A stretch of 64,000 nucleotides of DNA from Lama guanicoe. Lineage: Eukaryota. Positions 1 through 14,099 of the stretch are shown piece by piece. The notes below the pieces were generated by a model, which had not been told where the DNA came from, made no database searches, and was given only the letters and a program-made list of their open reading frames with translations. Position 1 is the first letter of the stretch. Each line of letters opens with the position of its first letter. The stretch spans positions 248,001 to 312,000 of the forward strand of contig MU053493.1 of the NCBI GenBank assembly GCA_013239625.1, given 5' to 3'. Position numbers and translations under genes: made by a program.

Positions 1-1035
1 TTTTGTTTGTTTGTTTGTTTTTGTTTTTTAGATTCCACATATGAGCGATCTCACATGGTATTTTTCTTTCTCTTTCTGGCTTACTTCACTTAGAATGACA
101 TTCTCCAGGAGCATCCATGTTGCTGCAAATGGCATTATGTTGTTAGTTTTTATGACTGAGTAGTATTCCATTGTATAAATATACCACTGCTTCTTTATCC
201 AGTCACCTGTTGATGGACATTTAGGCTGTTTCCATGTTTTGGCTATTGTAAATAGTGCTGCTATGAACATTGGGGTGCAGGTGTAATCCTGAAGTAGGGT
301 TCTTTCTGGATATAAGCCCAGGAGTGGGTTTCCTGGGTCATATGGTAAGTCTATTCCTAGTCTTTTCAGGAATCTACATACTGTTTCTCACACTGGCTGC
401 ACCAAACTGCATTCTCACCAGCAGTGTAGGAGGGTTTCCCTTTCTCCACAGCCTCTCCAGCATTTGCCATTTGTGGATTTTTGAATGATGGTCATTCCGA
501 CTGGTGTGAGATGATACCTCATTGTAGTTTTGATTTGCATTTCTCTGATAATTAGTGATATTGAGCATTTTTTCATGTGCCTTTTGATCATTTGTATGTC
601 TTCCTTGGAGAATTGCTTGTTTAGGTCTTCTGACCATTTTTGGATTGGGTTGTTTATCTTTTTTCTTATTGAGTCATATGAGATGCTTATATATTCTGGA
701 GATCAAGCCTTTGTCAGTTTCATTTGCAAAAATTTTCTCCCATTCTATAGGTTGTCTTATCTCCCATTCGTTGTCTTTTTGTTTTATTTCTGGTTTCCTT
801 TGCTGTGCAGAAGCTTGTAAGTTTCATTAGGTACCATTTGTTTATTCTTGCTTTTATTTCTTCTAGAAGAACATTTTTGAAATGTATGTCAGATAATGTT
901 TTGCTTATATTTTCCTCTAGGTTTGTTGTATCTTGACTTGTGTTTAAGTCTTTGATCCATTTTGAGTTGATTTTTGTATATGGTGTAAGGGAGTGTTCTA
1001 GCTTCATTGTTTTACATGCTGCTGTCCAGTTTTCC
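1..1035 (-). mobile_element. LINE-1 3' fragment (ORF2 C-terminus, start of 3'UTR), 5'-truncated, continues beyond window start
   Basis: Minus-strand ORFs 28-270 (MFIAALFTIAKTWKQPKCP) and 720-1046 ([31 protein letters not shown]) match the L1 ORF2p C-terminus. L1 similarity ends at ...gctgtccagttttcc (~1035). Confidence 0.95.
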
Positions 1036-1641
1036 TGAATGGTCAATTCTTCTACATGAGCTCTGAATGAGCAAATATTTTAATTAAGTAACTAATGGAT
1101 TTTACTATGGAACCACTGCATAGTATGAGGACTCTGCACACACCACTCCCATAAATTTCTCTGTTGTCTGAGAAAGCATGCTCAACTGGATGGAGTTATG
1201 TCTGTCTTCTTCACAGCAAAGGTCTCATGTAATATCTTCACTTTTATTCCAACAAATTCTAATTAGGCAGTGGAATTAAGGAAAGGTGTCAGATAAGCCT
1301 CCTACCCAATCACTCAGCCTGGACAACTCAATGTCTTTCCACAAAAAAAGCCCACTTTCTTTCAACCAGAATCCCTCCAGTATCTTTTAATTGGGTGGGC
1401 ATTCTTCCAGTATCTTTTGAATAGGGGTTCAGGTACCTGTTAAATACCAAAAATAAAAGTCAGGATCATCAACCAATATAGGAGAGCTGAGAACAAGAAG
1501 GGACTCTACCAAACTTGTCTGGACTCTTCAAGGTGGCAGATGGGCATAATAGGCCTTTGCCGGTACTAAGCTCTGGGTCCTTGTAGAGTTAAAGTGATAA
1601 GGAGATGCCTGCTCTTGGTCCCTTCATTGGAGTAACAAAAC
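1036..1641 (-). mobile_element. Leader/internal sequence of MER41-like ERV1 element
   Basis: Reverse complement of ~32222-32834 (about 80% identity by eye). A decayed PBS-like motif (tgttactccaatgaagggac on minus) adjoins the LTR. Confidence 0.75.
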
Positions 1642-2128
1642 TGTTGACTGAAAAAATGCACAATGTGAGAATTGTGAGTTCTGTATTATTTTGGGCAGGA
1701 TGATGGTTGTAGCCTGGGAGGCAGCCTCTTAGATAGCTCTGAGAAATTGCTCTGAAGAGACAAGGAGGAAGGACAGTACACATGTGACTTTGGTGAAGGG
1801 AGGTAACTGCAGTCAAACACATTTTGGCAGAAGGTTACTGCTAGTCATAGGAATGTTGCTGCTAGTCATGAAGAGAAAACGTCTCTGCTAATGACTTAGT
1901 GCTTTTCTAGATATGAGAAATGCAAAAATTGGATTCATAAAATCTTTTCCTGAAAGTAACTAACTATCTGAAGGCCTGTTCTGCCAGTTTTTCCCCTTAG
2001 AACAGGGTGACTCATTACTGATTTCCACTCTGAACTCCTTTAAAGTTGTGCTGAAGCTCAGTGACTGCAGTGGCCTGTGACTTCATTCTTGTAGAAACAG
2101 ATGGAATTTGACAATTCTGTATTTGGCA
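1642..2128 (-). mobile_element. ERV1 LTR, MER41-like
   Basis: TG...CA termini on the minus strand. The plus strand reads tgttgactgaaaaaatgcacaa, as I recall for artiodactyl MER41-like LTRs. Paralog at 31755-32221. Confidence 0.8.
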
Positions 2129-3075
2129 GTAGCAACCTGAGGTAGAAATGAGAACAAAATGATATTTGGGAACGTACTCTTTTGCCCACTGGTTTGGGTT
2201 TTGTAGACATCCAGATAGTTGCTAGCTGTCTCCTCATCACTGGCCTAAAATTTTATCCATGGCCTCCATCAGATTACATGTCAGGGCAAAAGGAAATCTC
2301 AAAAGTCTCCTACTTGAATATTGGTTAGCAGGTAACCTTTGTCCCATTTGCCAACAACACAGTTCAGATAAATATATAAAGTAGAGATAAACCAAATAGA
2401 TTTTATCACTATGTTTCACTGAGTCATAGATACAAATTTAGAATGAAATATATAAGAACTCTGTTTGCATCTTTTTGTGTGGTTACATATTTATGAATAT
2501 ATGTAATCTATATGTGACATTTTCTACTTCCCTAATTATTTCTAAATCACTTGTAAAATCCCTTAATAATCTCTATTCAAATTGGCTTAGAGATGAATGA
2601 ATACTTCCATATATTATATTCCTAAAACTCAGAAATATAAAAATCAATCTAATTTGTTAAGTTCACATGATTTGAGATAATGTTTGTTAAACAAAGCTAG
2701 TTTAAAAAATTGTTGGTAAAATAAAAACAGCTATGTTTTCAGAGTTTTCAACAGTAACATAATGCAGACATACAGGTTTTTTTCTTTTCTTCATAGGTGT
2801 AACAGTCAAACAAGCTTATAATATCTCTACTAAATGTTGAAGATTATAAAACTATAAATCCAAACTAAGAATGAAATGGGCAATAAAAGTGAATTACTTG
2901 ATGCATGTCAAGCACAGCAGAAAATTAAAAAAAATACTAAAGACACAAGAACCATACATTTAACTGTATAGGTTCTTAGTCTCTGGGATTATCTTTTGAT
3001 CATTAACTAATTTGTCATCATGAAAAATAATATAGGATGATGGCTAGATTTTTTGTTTAACTCATGAAAATTTCT
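2129..3075 (+). mobile_element. MER4-group (MER67-like) ERV internal sequence, array copy 1, 5' part
   Basis: Homologous to ~49400-49900 plus 52200-52625 (e.g. ctggcctaaaatt...atcagattacatgt) and to the reverse complement of ~30810-31754. AT-rich and non-coding. Confidence 0.75.
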
Positions 3076-6000
3076 TTTTTTAAAAATTTTTATTGAGTTA
3101 TAGTCATTTTACAATGTTGGGTCAAATTCAAGTGTCGAGCACAATTTTTCAGTTATACATGAACATATATATATTCATTGTCACATTCTTTTTCCGCTGT
3201 GAGCTACCATAAGATCTCGTATATATTTCCTGTGCTATACAGTATAATCCTGTTTATCTATTCTACATTTTAAAATCCCAGTCTGTACCTTCCCACACCC
3301 CCACCCATTTGGCAACCACAAGTTTGTATTCTATTTCTATAAGTCTGTTTTTCTTTTATATTTATGTTTTGTTTTTTTTTTGGATTGCACATATGAGCGA
3401 TCTCATGTTAGTTTTGGTTCTCATTTGGGCTTACTTCACTTAGAATAACATTCTCCAGGAACATTCATTTTGCTGCAAATGGTGTTATGTTGTAGATTTT
3501 AAATGGCTGAATAGTATTCCATTGTATAAATATACCGCTGCTTCTTTATCCAGTCATATAATGATGGATATTTAGGCTGTTTCTATGTCTTGGCTATGGT
3601 AAATAGTGCTGGCTATGAACATTGGGGTGTAGGTGTCTTTTTGAAGTAGGGTTCCTTCTGGATATATGCACAGAAGTAGGATTCCTGGGTCATATGGTAA
3701 GTCTATTCCTAGTCTTTTGAGCAATCTCCATACTGTTTTCCAGAGTGGCTGCACCAAACTACATTTCCACCAGCAGAGTAGGAGGTTTCCCTTTTTGCCA
3801 CAGCTTCTCCAGCATTTGCCATTTGTGGATTTTTGAATGATGGCCATTCTGATTGGTGTGAGGTGATAACTCTTTGTAGTTTTGATTGACATTTCTCTGA
3901 TATTGAGCATTTTTTCATGTGTCTATTGATCGTTTGTATGTCTTCCTTGGAGAATTGCTTGTTTTGGTCGTTTGCCCAATTTTGGATTGGGTGATTTGTT
4001 TTTATCTTATTAAGTCGTATGAGCTGCTTATATATTCTGGAGATCAAGCCTTTATCAGTTTCACTTGCAAACATTTTCTCCCATTCCGTAGGTTGTCGTT
4101 TTGTTTAACTATGGTTTCCTTTGCTCTGCAGAAGCTGGTAAGCTTAGTTAGGTCCCATTTGTTCATTCTTTCTTTTATTTCTATTGCTTGGGTAGACTGT
4201 TCTAGGAACACATTTTTGAGATGTATCTAGTATTATATTCTGCATATATTTTCTTCTAGGACGTTTATTTTATCTTGTCTTATGTTTAAGTCTTTGATCC
4301 ATTTTGAGTTTATTTCTGTGTGTGGTGTAAGGGAGGGTTCTAACTTCATTGCTTTACATGCTACTGTCCAATTTTCCCAACACCATTTGCTGAAGAGACT
4401 GTCTTTATTCCATTGTATATTCTTGCCTCATTTGTCAAAGATTAGTTGACCAAAAGTTTGTGGGTTCATCTCTGGGCTCTCTATTCTGTTCCATTGGTCT
4501 ATATGTCTGTTGTTGTACCAATACTGTCTTGATGACTGTAGCTCCATAGTATTGTCTAAAGTCTGGGAGAGTTATTCTTCCAGCTTCTTTCTTTTTCTTC
4601 AGTAATGCTTTGGCAATTGTAGGTCTTTAGTGGTTCCATATCAATTTTATTATGATTTGTTTTAGTTCTGGGAAATAAGTCCTTGGTACATAGGGATTAC
4701 ATTTAATCTGTAGATTGCCTTGGGCAGTGTGATCATTTAAAAAATATTGATTACTCCAACCATGGAGCATGAGATATCTTTCCATTTTTAAAAAATAGTC
4801 TTTAATTCCCTTCATTAATGGTTTATAGTTTTCTGTGTATAAGTCTTTCACCTCCTTGGTTAGATTGATTCCTAGGTATTTTGTTACTTTGGATGCTATT
4901 TTAAAGGGTGTTGGTTCTTTACTTTCATTTTCTATTGATTCGTTGTTAGTGTAAAGAAATGCAACTGATTTTTGAACGTTAATCTTGTAACCTGCTACCT
5001 TGCTGAATTCTTCGATCTGCTATAGTAGTTTTTGTGTTGACATTTAGGATTTTCTATATATAGTAACATGTCATGGGCATATAATGACTCTCTTACCTCT
5101 TCATTTCCAATTTGGATCCCTTTTATTTCTCTCTTTTCCCTGATTGTTTTGGCCAGGACTTTCAAGACTATGTTGAATAGAAGTGGTGATAGTAGGCATC
5201 CTTGTCTTGTCCCAGATTTTAGTAGGAAGCTTTTGAGTTTTTGACCATTGAATAGTATACTGGCTGCAGGTGTGTTGTATATAACCTTTATTATGTTGAG
5301 ATATGTTACCTATATACCCACTTTGGTGGGAGTCTTTGTCATAAATGGTGTTAAATTTTACCAAATGCTTTTTCTGCATCTATTGAGAGGACCATGTGGT
5401 TTTTGTCTTTCTCTTCTTGACATAATGTATTACATTGTTTGATTTGCATATATTGAAGCACCCTTGTGTCACTGGGATGAACCCCACTTGGTCACGATGT
5501 ATAATCCTTTTTAAGTGCTATTGGATTGCATTTGCTAATATTTTGGTGAGGATTTTGGTATCTATGTTCATCAGTGATTCTGGCCTATAAATCTCTTTGG
5601 TTGTTTCTTTTACTGGTTTTGGTATCAGGGTGATGGTGGCTTCGTACAATGAGATTGGGAGTATTCCCTCCTTTTCAATCTTCTGGAAAAGTTTTAGAAG
5701 GACTTGTTTGAGTTCTTCTTTGTATGTTTGGTAGAATTCCCCTGTGAAGCTGTCCAGTCATGGACTTTAATTTGTAGGGAGATTTTTTTTTATTGCTAAT
5801 TTGATTTCATTTCTAGTGTTTTTTTGTGCAAGTGGTCAGTTTCTTCTTGGTTCAGTGTTGGTGGACTGTATGTTTCCAGGAATTTGTACACCTCCTGTAG
5901 GTTATCCATTTTGGTTCCATATAGTTTTTCATAATAGTCTCATATGATATTCTGTGTTTCTATGTTATTTGTTGTAATTTCTCCATTTTCTTTTCTTATT

Positions 6001-9000
6001 TTGCTTATTTGTGCTCTCTACTTTTTCTTCTTTGTGAGTTTGGTCAGAGGTTTCTCGATATTTTTACTTTTTCAAAACACCAGCTTTTGGTTTGATTTAT
6101 TTTTTCTATGATTTTTTAAATCTCTATTTTAATTATTTCCTCTCTGATCTTTATAATTTCCTTCTTTCTGCTGTCTTTTGGAGTTTTTTGCTCTTCTGTT
6201 AATAATTCTTATAGCTAGTGGATTAGATTGTTTATTTGAGAGTATTCTTTTTTGAGGAAGGCCTCTATCACTATAAACTTCCCTCATAGCACTGCCTTTG
6301 CTGTGTCCCATCTATTGTGTGTGGTTGTGTTTTCATTTTCATTTGTCTCAAAGTATTTTTAATTTGAACTTTGAATTCATCATCAACACATTGGTTTTTT
6401 AATAGTATGTTGTTTCATCACCATGATTTTTTTCCCTTTGTTTCTCTGTTGTTGATTTCCACTTTCATGGTATTTTGGTCAGTAAAGATGCTTGAAATAA
6501 TTTCTATCTTCTTAAAATTGTTGAGGCTCCTTTTGTGCCCAAATACAAGATCAATCCTAGAAAATGTTCCATGTGTTCTTGAAAATAATTTCTATCCTAT
6601 TTTTGGAGGGGTGTAATGCTCTGAAAATATCCACCAAATCTAATTTTTATTGTATTATTTAAATTCTCTGTTACCTTATTTATTTTCTGTATTGAAGTTC
6701 TGTCTAGTGATGTTAATGTGGTGTTAAAATCTCCAACAATGATTGTATTCCCATCAATATCCCCCTCTATCTCTGTTTGTAATTGTTTTATGTACTTAGG
6801 TGCTCCTATATTGGGTGCATATGTTTTAACACATGTAATATCCTCATCTTGTATTACTCCTTTAGTAATTAAAAATGTTCCTCTTTATTTTTCTTTATAG
6901 CCTTTGTTTTAAAGTCTATTTTGTCTGAAATCAGTACTACTACACCTGCTTTTTTTGGCTTTTCCAAAGGATTTGCATGGAATATCATTTTCCATCCTTT
7001 CACTCTCAATCTATATGTGTCCTTCTCCCTACAGTGGGTCTCTTGTATGCAGCATATTGAAGGTTGTTGGTTTATTATCCAGTTTGCCTCTCTATATCTT
7101 TTGACTGGAGTATTTAGTCCATTAACATTTACAGTAATTAATAATACAAGTGTGTTTATTGACATTTTGAACTTATTTTTGCAGTTAATTGGGTATTTCC
7201 TCTTTCTTCCTTTCTTTTTCCTTTTTTGGTTTGGTAATTTTCCTTTGTATTATCATGGATTTTATTTAGTTTTTGTGACACCCTTGTAAGTTTTTGGCTT
7301 GTGGTTACCCTTTATTGTATGTCTAATAGCCCATTACTATAACTGTTTTTATTGAACAGATAGTAACATAATCTCAAACCCATTGAACCAAGAACAAAAT
7401 ATTTTAAAAAGAAAGAAAGAATAAACACTCTATATTTTCCTGCTTCCCTCTCCTACTTTAAAGATTTTGATGTCTTCTTTTACAATTTCATGTTTATTTT
7501 ATTTGTAATTCATGGTAGTTATCATCTTTCCAGTTATCGATTTCTCATTACTATAGCATCATGCTTCTTTTCTATTTAGAGTAGAGCTTTCAATATTTCT
7601 TTTAGCATGAGTTTAGTGTTGCTAAACTCTTTTAGTTTTTGCTTGTTTGTGAAATTCTTTATGTCTCCTTCTATGCTAAAGGATAGCCTTGCTGGATAAA
7701 GTATCCTAGGCTGCATCTGTCTTTCATTCAGGACTTCTAATATATCTTGCCAGTCTCTTCTGGCCTGTAGTGTTTTTGTAGAGAAATCAGCTGAGAGCCT
7801 TATGGGGGTTCCCTTTTAACTCATTCTTTGTTTCACTCTTGCCGCCTTTAGGATCATTTCTTTATCCTTGACTCTGGCCATCTTGATTATGATATGTCTT
7901 GTTGTGGGTCTGTTTGGCTTCTTCCTGTTTGGGACTCTGTGAGCTTCCTGTACTTGGGTATCTGATTCCTTCTTTAAGTTTGGGAAGTTTCTTGTCATGA
8001 TTTCTTCAAATACCTTTTCAATCCCCTTTGATCTTTCTTCCCTTTCTTGAACCCCTATTATGTGAAATTGACATGCTTTATATTATCCCATATGTCTCAG
8101 GTTATTTTCATTGGTTTTTATTTGTTTTTCTCTCAACAGTTCTGATTGTGTGCTTTCTGTTTTCGTGTCTTCTAGGTCACTGATTGGTTCCTCTGCATTA
8201 TCTAGTCTGCTTTTGACAGCCTTTAGATCATTTCTCATCTCAGCCAATCAGTTTACCAATTCTACTTGACTTTTCTGTATATGTTCAATTTAATTTTTGA
8301 TATATTTTATATCTGTAAACACTGTCTCTTTTAGTTCCTTCGGTACTTTGATCTCTCCTTTTTTGAAATGTTGATCTAGTAGGCCATGAATGTCTATTTC
8401 ATTGATTGTTCTTTCAGGGTTTTTCTCTTTCTGTTTTAATTGGGTGTGGTTCCTCTGCTTCTTCATCTTGCTGATATCTCTGGCACTGTGGCTTATGGAA
8501 TATCTGTTATCTATTGTGGTCCTTGAGGAGTTTATTTATTTATCTATCTAAAGCCTATGCAGGAATAAACATAAAAAATGAAAGAGAGAGAAAGAAAAAT
8601 TAAATGAAGGGAGAAAAAAAGGTTTGAAAATGGTGTTTATTCAATAATAGAAGAGCAATTTGTGTCAGACTATCAATCGAGTTGAGACATCTTTTTAAAA
8701 CCAAAAAAAAAGGAAAAACCAATATTTGAAACCTGTGTATTATCAATAACAGGAGATCAAAACCAAAAGAAATAATGAAATGGGGTGGATTTTTAAAATA
8801 ATAATAATAATAAAAATATTTTAAAATATTAATTTAAAAGTAATTAAAACTAGAAGCATATACAATTGTTTAGAAAGTAGAAATTTAAAAGATAATAGAA
8901 AGTAGACAGATAAAGATGATAAATAAAGACAGAATTTTAAAGAAGGGAGGACAAAAGTTTTGAAAACAGTGTATAATCAATATTAAAAGAGCAATTTGAA

Positions 9001-10456
9001 GCAGAATAGCAATTGCATTGAGAAGTCTTTTAAAAACCTTTAAGAAAGGAGAAAAGAGGAAAAAATACTTTAAACCTTATATAATCAATAACAGGAGATC
9101 ATAACCAAGAGAAATAAAAATGAAAAGGTGGATTTTTAAAAATAGTAATAATAAAAATGTTTTAAAGAAAAATATAAAACGTTTAAATCTGGAAGCATAT
9201 ATACTTGTTTAAAAAGTAAAACATAATAAGGTAATAGAAAATGAAACAGATAAAAACAGATTAAAAAAAAGAGGTGGGTGTTCTTGTGGAGACTGTGCAC
9301 TCGTAATCAGAAGTCCTTCTGTCTTCATCCTGTTTCACGAACTCATCTTGCTATTTCCAGAGTCCCTCTGTTGGCTCCCTCCTCTGTGCTGTTACCAGTG
9401 CCTGTCGGCAAGCAGACCATGCCCCCTCCCAGCACTGGGTCAGGTGCTGCTCTGCTTCACTGTGGGTAGATGGGTCACTCCTCCTCCCAGGTCAGATGCT
9501 GCTTTCCTGTCAGGAAGGCAGATGGCCACCCGCCCTCTCCACTGCTCTGTGCTCTTGCCTGCTCCACCTCAGTTCCACGGTCCTTAGGTGGGCTTGGGGA
9601 AGATCGTGGAATTGCCCTGCCCCTCCTCCATGCCAAAGCTCAACTCCTTGTTTGTCTTGGTGGTGCAAGCTCTCTAAGATACTATGGCGGAAGGATCCTA
9701 TCTGTCTTGGGCTGTAAACAAATCTCCATCTGGCCTTTGAGGCTGCTAAGCCCTTAGGTACGGATTCAGGTTTTGACTCTGTCCCCACCTGGATTCTAAG
9801 TGCTGGAGGATGAGGCAGCTGTGCCTAAGCCCCACCTCTCTTTGCCAGAAAAACTTCCAAGGGTTTTCAGAGATGGGGGTATGGCACCCTTCTCCACAGG
9901 GCACATCAGACATGTTGTCTTATGGAGGGCCCAGGTTGTTTTGCCCTGTGAACCCACTCATCCATGGCACACAGCACCTTGCAGTCCCCTGGGGCTGTCT
10001 GAGTTCAGCCATTCCAGTCCTCCACCCAGCTTTGGCAGCCTCTTTTCCCCCAGCTACCAGCTCTTGTCTTGGGGTGGGTGTCACAGGGAAACTTTATGCC
10101 CATTTAACTTAGTTTTGTCTTTCAAGGGGTGCTCCATACAGATCTGAGCCTTGGAGGCTCCATCTCCTCTCGCTGGCCTCTCCATTGGAGAGTGGGAGAC
10201 CCAGCAAATGAGCACTAGTCCTCCTTTGCTGCTCCCTCCCTGCAGTACCAGTCCCACATTGTATTGCCTTTTCTTCTTTCTTTTTCCTTTTCTCCTACCA
10301 GATTTTTGCATCTTTTTCTTTTGAAGAAGGCGATGTTCTGTCGCAGTTTGGCAGGTGCTCTTGTTGGCTGAGTGGGTCCATGGATGTTAGTTTTGGTGTA
10401 TTTGTGGTAGAGGGTGAGCTATGAGCAAGTATTTGTACTCTGCCATCTTGGCATCC
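3076..10456 (-). mobile_element. Full-length decayed LINE-1 (5'UTR, ORF1 ~8466-7576, ORF2 from 7165, 3'UTR)
   Basis: Endonuclease start MSINTLVLLITVNVNGLN (6869-7165), ORF1 fragment NFPNLKKESDTQVQEAHRVP, GC-rich 5'UTR starting ...caagatggc on minus, T-rich tail at ~3076. Many stops and frameshifts. No TSD found. Confidence 0.95.
8600..9270 (-). repeat. Two ~340-bp AT-rich tandem units in the L1 5'UTR
   Basis: The unit gaagggag...tttgaaaa...tcaata...agagcaattt recurs at ~8605 and ~8942. The same structure is in the second full-length L1 (39755-40440). Confidence 0.75.
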
Positions 10457-12156
10457 TAAATTATGATCATTTTAAGTCATTTGTCATTCACAGTTATTAT
10501 TTGACTTTGATTCTTCTAAAAATAGTGTCTAAACTTGACTACAGGCAGAAATTATCACTGATAGTATCACTTAAATAACTTTGAGACTATGATTTTAATC
10601 TGAGCAGAAGTTTCCAAAATTACTGAAAAAGCGAATGGAGACATATACCTGATAACCCAAGAAAAGAGAGAATAAAAATCAATTTCTTGGATTTCAATGA
10701 ACTGACGAGTGCCATTGTATTCCTTTAGTAACTTGTTTGAAACGTTGCTGGTTTTTTAATGTTCATCTTTAAAATTTAAGGAAACTTTTTTTTTCTCTTG
10801 AGCTATGTGTAACTTATAGCAATTTGGTAAAGTTATCCTTTGGGAATAAAGTTGCAACAATGATTTTTACTCCTTATCTGCTGTCCTACAATTTGAAAAC
10901 TCTTAGTGAGTATTCTTACTATTATGGCAATATGATTATCTGCATAAATTCAATAAGAATCTGTTCTTGTCCATAGGACACAATCAGAAGCATTGGTTAT
11001 ATTACCAAGAATTTGCATGGAATGTCCCATTAGGGAAAGATATCCATAGAACGAGGTAGAACCAGAAAGTTTAAAGGAACTAAAGTGGATTTTAAGGAGA
11101 AAATGCTTATAAAACTGACTGGAAGTGATAGCTTGCCTGTACCTGTCTTAAAGGGTTTCCGAACTTACAGTTCAGTAAGAAACGTCACTTCATGACAGAC
11201 TCACAAATCTCAAGATATTTTTGGAATCCCTGGAAGAAAGGAATTCACCCAAATCTACAGGTAGCACAGGCACAATTTCCTGGTGAGTCCTGGACTTCAT
11301 TTTCCATCCTGGAGAGGCGCTGAATAGTCTTATGAAAAGTTCCAGCAAAGCAAGCTCAAGAGGCCTGTGGTTGATCATTATTCTTGCTGCACTTATGTAA
11401 ATAATCAGGCAGAGTATAATGAAATGAGATTATCTTGCAAACACATTCATCTTACTTTTTTATTGAATGTTGATGATCTTAGTGAGAAAAATTATGTTCC
11501 AATGGAAAACTGCTCTCTACCCTTTTGGATTCCATCTTGGACATTTTGCCAGTCTATACAAAAGCCTGAGTTCTAGTTTCCTCCAGTATCTGCCTATGAC
11601 TCTCCAAATTAATGTTTCCAATTTTTCTCCCTTCTGACTTGAAATCACAGAGAACTAAAACTTCCCTCATCACGAATTGCTTCAAGTTGATGTTGCATGA
11701 CTAAGTATAAACCTCAATAGATTACCACAAACTGTCATGTGTGGGCAAATTTCTTGTCTACTTCTGGGTGCACCATGCAGAAAATTCAACAGAAAAAATA
11801 ATGTCATCATTACAGATATTCCAGCTACAATCCAGGAAATTCACTGCATTCCCACTGTGGTCTGTAGCCACATTCTAAAGAAGTATTGAGTGCAGTGTCA
11901 AGAAATCTCAACAGGCTTCCCTCTGGAAACATAAACGGGTTTTTATATTAGACATTGTTTTTCTACTATTTTCATAGAAGTTTGACTTCCTTAAATGTCT
12001 GGTAGCTAAGACCATAAAGCATATCCTCTACTACCAAATATCATCAGAAAACTTAGCAGGTCTCTAATGAATAAAAGACAATCTCAGAAGAAATGGACGC
12101 ATGTTATTCTAAGGGACAAAGAATCTCTCTTCAATCCTTTGAATAATAGGGTGGAA
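10457..12156 (+). mobile_element. MER67-like ERV internal sequence, array copy 1, 3' part with PPT
   Basis: 10457-11160 aligns to 62480-62517 plus 63180-64000. ~10950-12156 aligns to 15290-15570 plus 16950-17872. A purine tract (agggtggaa) precedes the LTR. Confidence 0.8.
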
Positions 12157-12281
12157 TGACTGCAGAATTGACCCTGGTTCAATTCTGACGGCTCTTTTAC
12201 CCTGTTAAAATAGTCCTGAATTCCTGAATAAACATGCTTTTATCATTTTACCTATTATGCAACTATGGATTTTCTCTGAAA
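12157..12281 (+). mobile_element. Internally deleted 3' LTR (MER67-like)
   Basis: Starts tgac after the PPT, contains ctgaataaa, and ends ...ctctgaaa like the LTR ends at 13738, 20588 and 48691. Confidence 0.6.
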
Positions 12282-13338
12282 GTGATCAGAATCAATCACC
12301 ATAGCCAGCACCCAAACTCCCTCCCCTACTCATTGACTCACAGGAACTAGAAGCCCAATGTGGCCAGGTGATACTCTTAACTTCCATTCAGGGGAATCAT
12401 CACTCTGTCTATTAGGGGAAGCAATCCTTCCTGTGTATCTAAGAGCTCTAGTTCAAAAGAGCATTAATTTGGGTGAACAGGAAGCAAAAATGATGACTTT
12501 TCCATCCCTGGATTCTTGGAACTATGAAGCCTGGATATAAGGAAACATCACACTAATGGCTGATAATTCAGAGCACATACAGCATACTGGAAAGCCCTGT
12601 TACAGCCTTGCAACAAATGTTTTCCCACCTGGCTCTGTAATTGAGTCTTCAAAAAGCCTTTCCACTATTCTGTCAAACAAGCTACTTCAGAATGGTCGGG
12701 GATGCCATGCACATGAATCCACCCCACACTTCTTTTCCTTTGAAGTATGTTCACTGATCTGAGACAATGGTGTATAACATACTGTAACTGTGGACAAAGC
12801 ATTCTTTAAGTCCATGAATGATTGTTTTGGCAGTAGTTTTGCATACAGGAAAGGCAATGCTGTACCAAGTTTACTGTCTATTCCAGTAAGAGAGAACGAA
12901 AAAAATAAAAATACTGCAGTTTTCATGAAAGAAAGATCCAGTGTAAACAGCCAGGCACAAGGAAATTAATTCCCATAATGAGCTCACATCATTGCCTACC
13001 ATTGTTGGGCTTACTATTGGAAATAGTCATTATCATTTTTAATTCTAATCAGATTAGAGAGCAGATCACAGGAAACCCAGAAACAATCAGATGACCCCAA
13101 CAGAAACACTGCAGGAAGTGCTGCTCATGGTAAATAAGTACATTTGCCCATCAGGGCTGCACCCAGCACTGGTTAGGGTTTTGGCAAGAACAGTCCTGTT
13201 CCTCCTGTTTGTGTTCTGGTGCCCAAATGCCACTCCTTTCCACATGGCAGGTGGCTGTGCACAGGGAAGAACACTGAAAGGCTCCAAGAACTCCAGAACA
13301 CTGAAGGCCATCTTGCAACAAAAAGAGCTGGGTGTCCC
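12282..13338 (-). mobile_element. ERV-L internal remnant (integrase / 3' pol region)
   Basis: Paralogous to 20589-21250 (tcagaatcaatcacc..., gaatcat..ctctgtct, gcattctttaagtcca...ttttggca). Similarity of the last ~300 bp is weak. Confidence 0.65.
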
Positions 13339-13738
13339 CTATGTCCATCTGTGCACTTCCTTGCAAACTCCTTAACAAGACCCCAGTTAAGTCTGTTTAG
13401 CAAGAGTCTCTCATCTTCCATGTCTAATCACTCTCTATATCAATCAGATTTTGCACCCTCCACCATCTGAAAAATGATTATTGATCAGCCTGTCCTGTCT
13501 TCAGCAAGAATCCAAGAATCCTGTTAGGTTGATTCAGGGAGAATCACCTCTACACTTGATGATTTCTCTTATAATAGTCCATCCACAGACTCATATCAGA
13601 CTCCTTAGCTATAAATTCCCAGGTGTCCATGAAATATGTGGAAAAAAGCCCATGTGATACTGAGGCCTCCTTTCCTGTAGTGCAACTGTCCTGAATAGAA
13701 TCTGTTTTACTGCTTGAACCTGTGGCTTCTCTTTGACA
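13339..13738 (+). mobile_element. MER67-like 5' LTR (left end lost), array copy 2
   Basis: ccatctgtgcacttccttg, cagcaagaatcc, ctataaattccc, ends tctttgaca. Followed by a leader (13739-14100) homologous to 48692-49000. Confidence 0.75.
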
Positions 13739-14099
13739 TTATGATACTACAAATGGTATAAGATCAGATTCATTAATGGAGGATTAGGCCACTCACCCAG
13801 GACCATAACTGTGCAGTTAGGAAGACTCTGTCTTCACTTCTGACTGATCAAGGATCCAGTGATGAGTCCAACTCCAACACAAATATTCCAAAGATCCTTT
13901 GAAACTGATGGCAATAGAGTTTTGTTTCTTAAGAATTGAATTATTTTGAATTATTTTCTAGAAGCTGTATTAAGAGTCCCAAAGAAAGGCTAGGTTACAA
14001 TGCTGGGTTTTTCTGTTTGTTAGAAGGTGGGTTAGAATCCCAGCCAAGCATTAGCTGAATCAGAGTCCAAAACAAGCACCTGGGTGTAAGAAACCTCCT

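Noticed and set aside
9278..10311. Cluster of ORFs in a GC-rich stretch (also 40572-41719)
   Set aside because: They lie in L1 5'UTRs, and the frames are not conserved between the two L1 copies.
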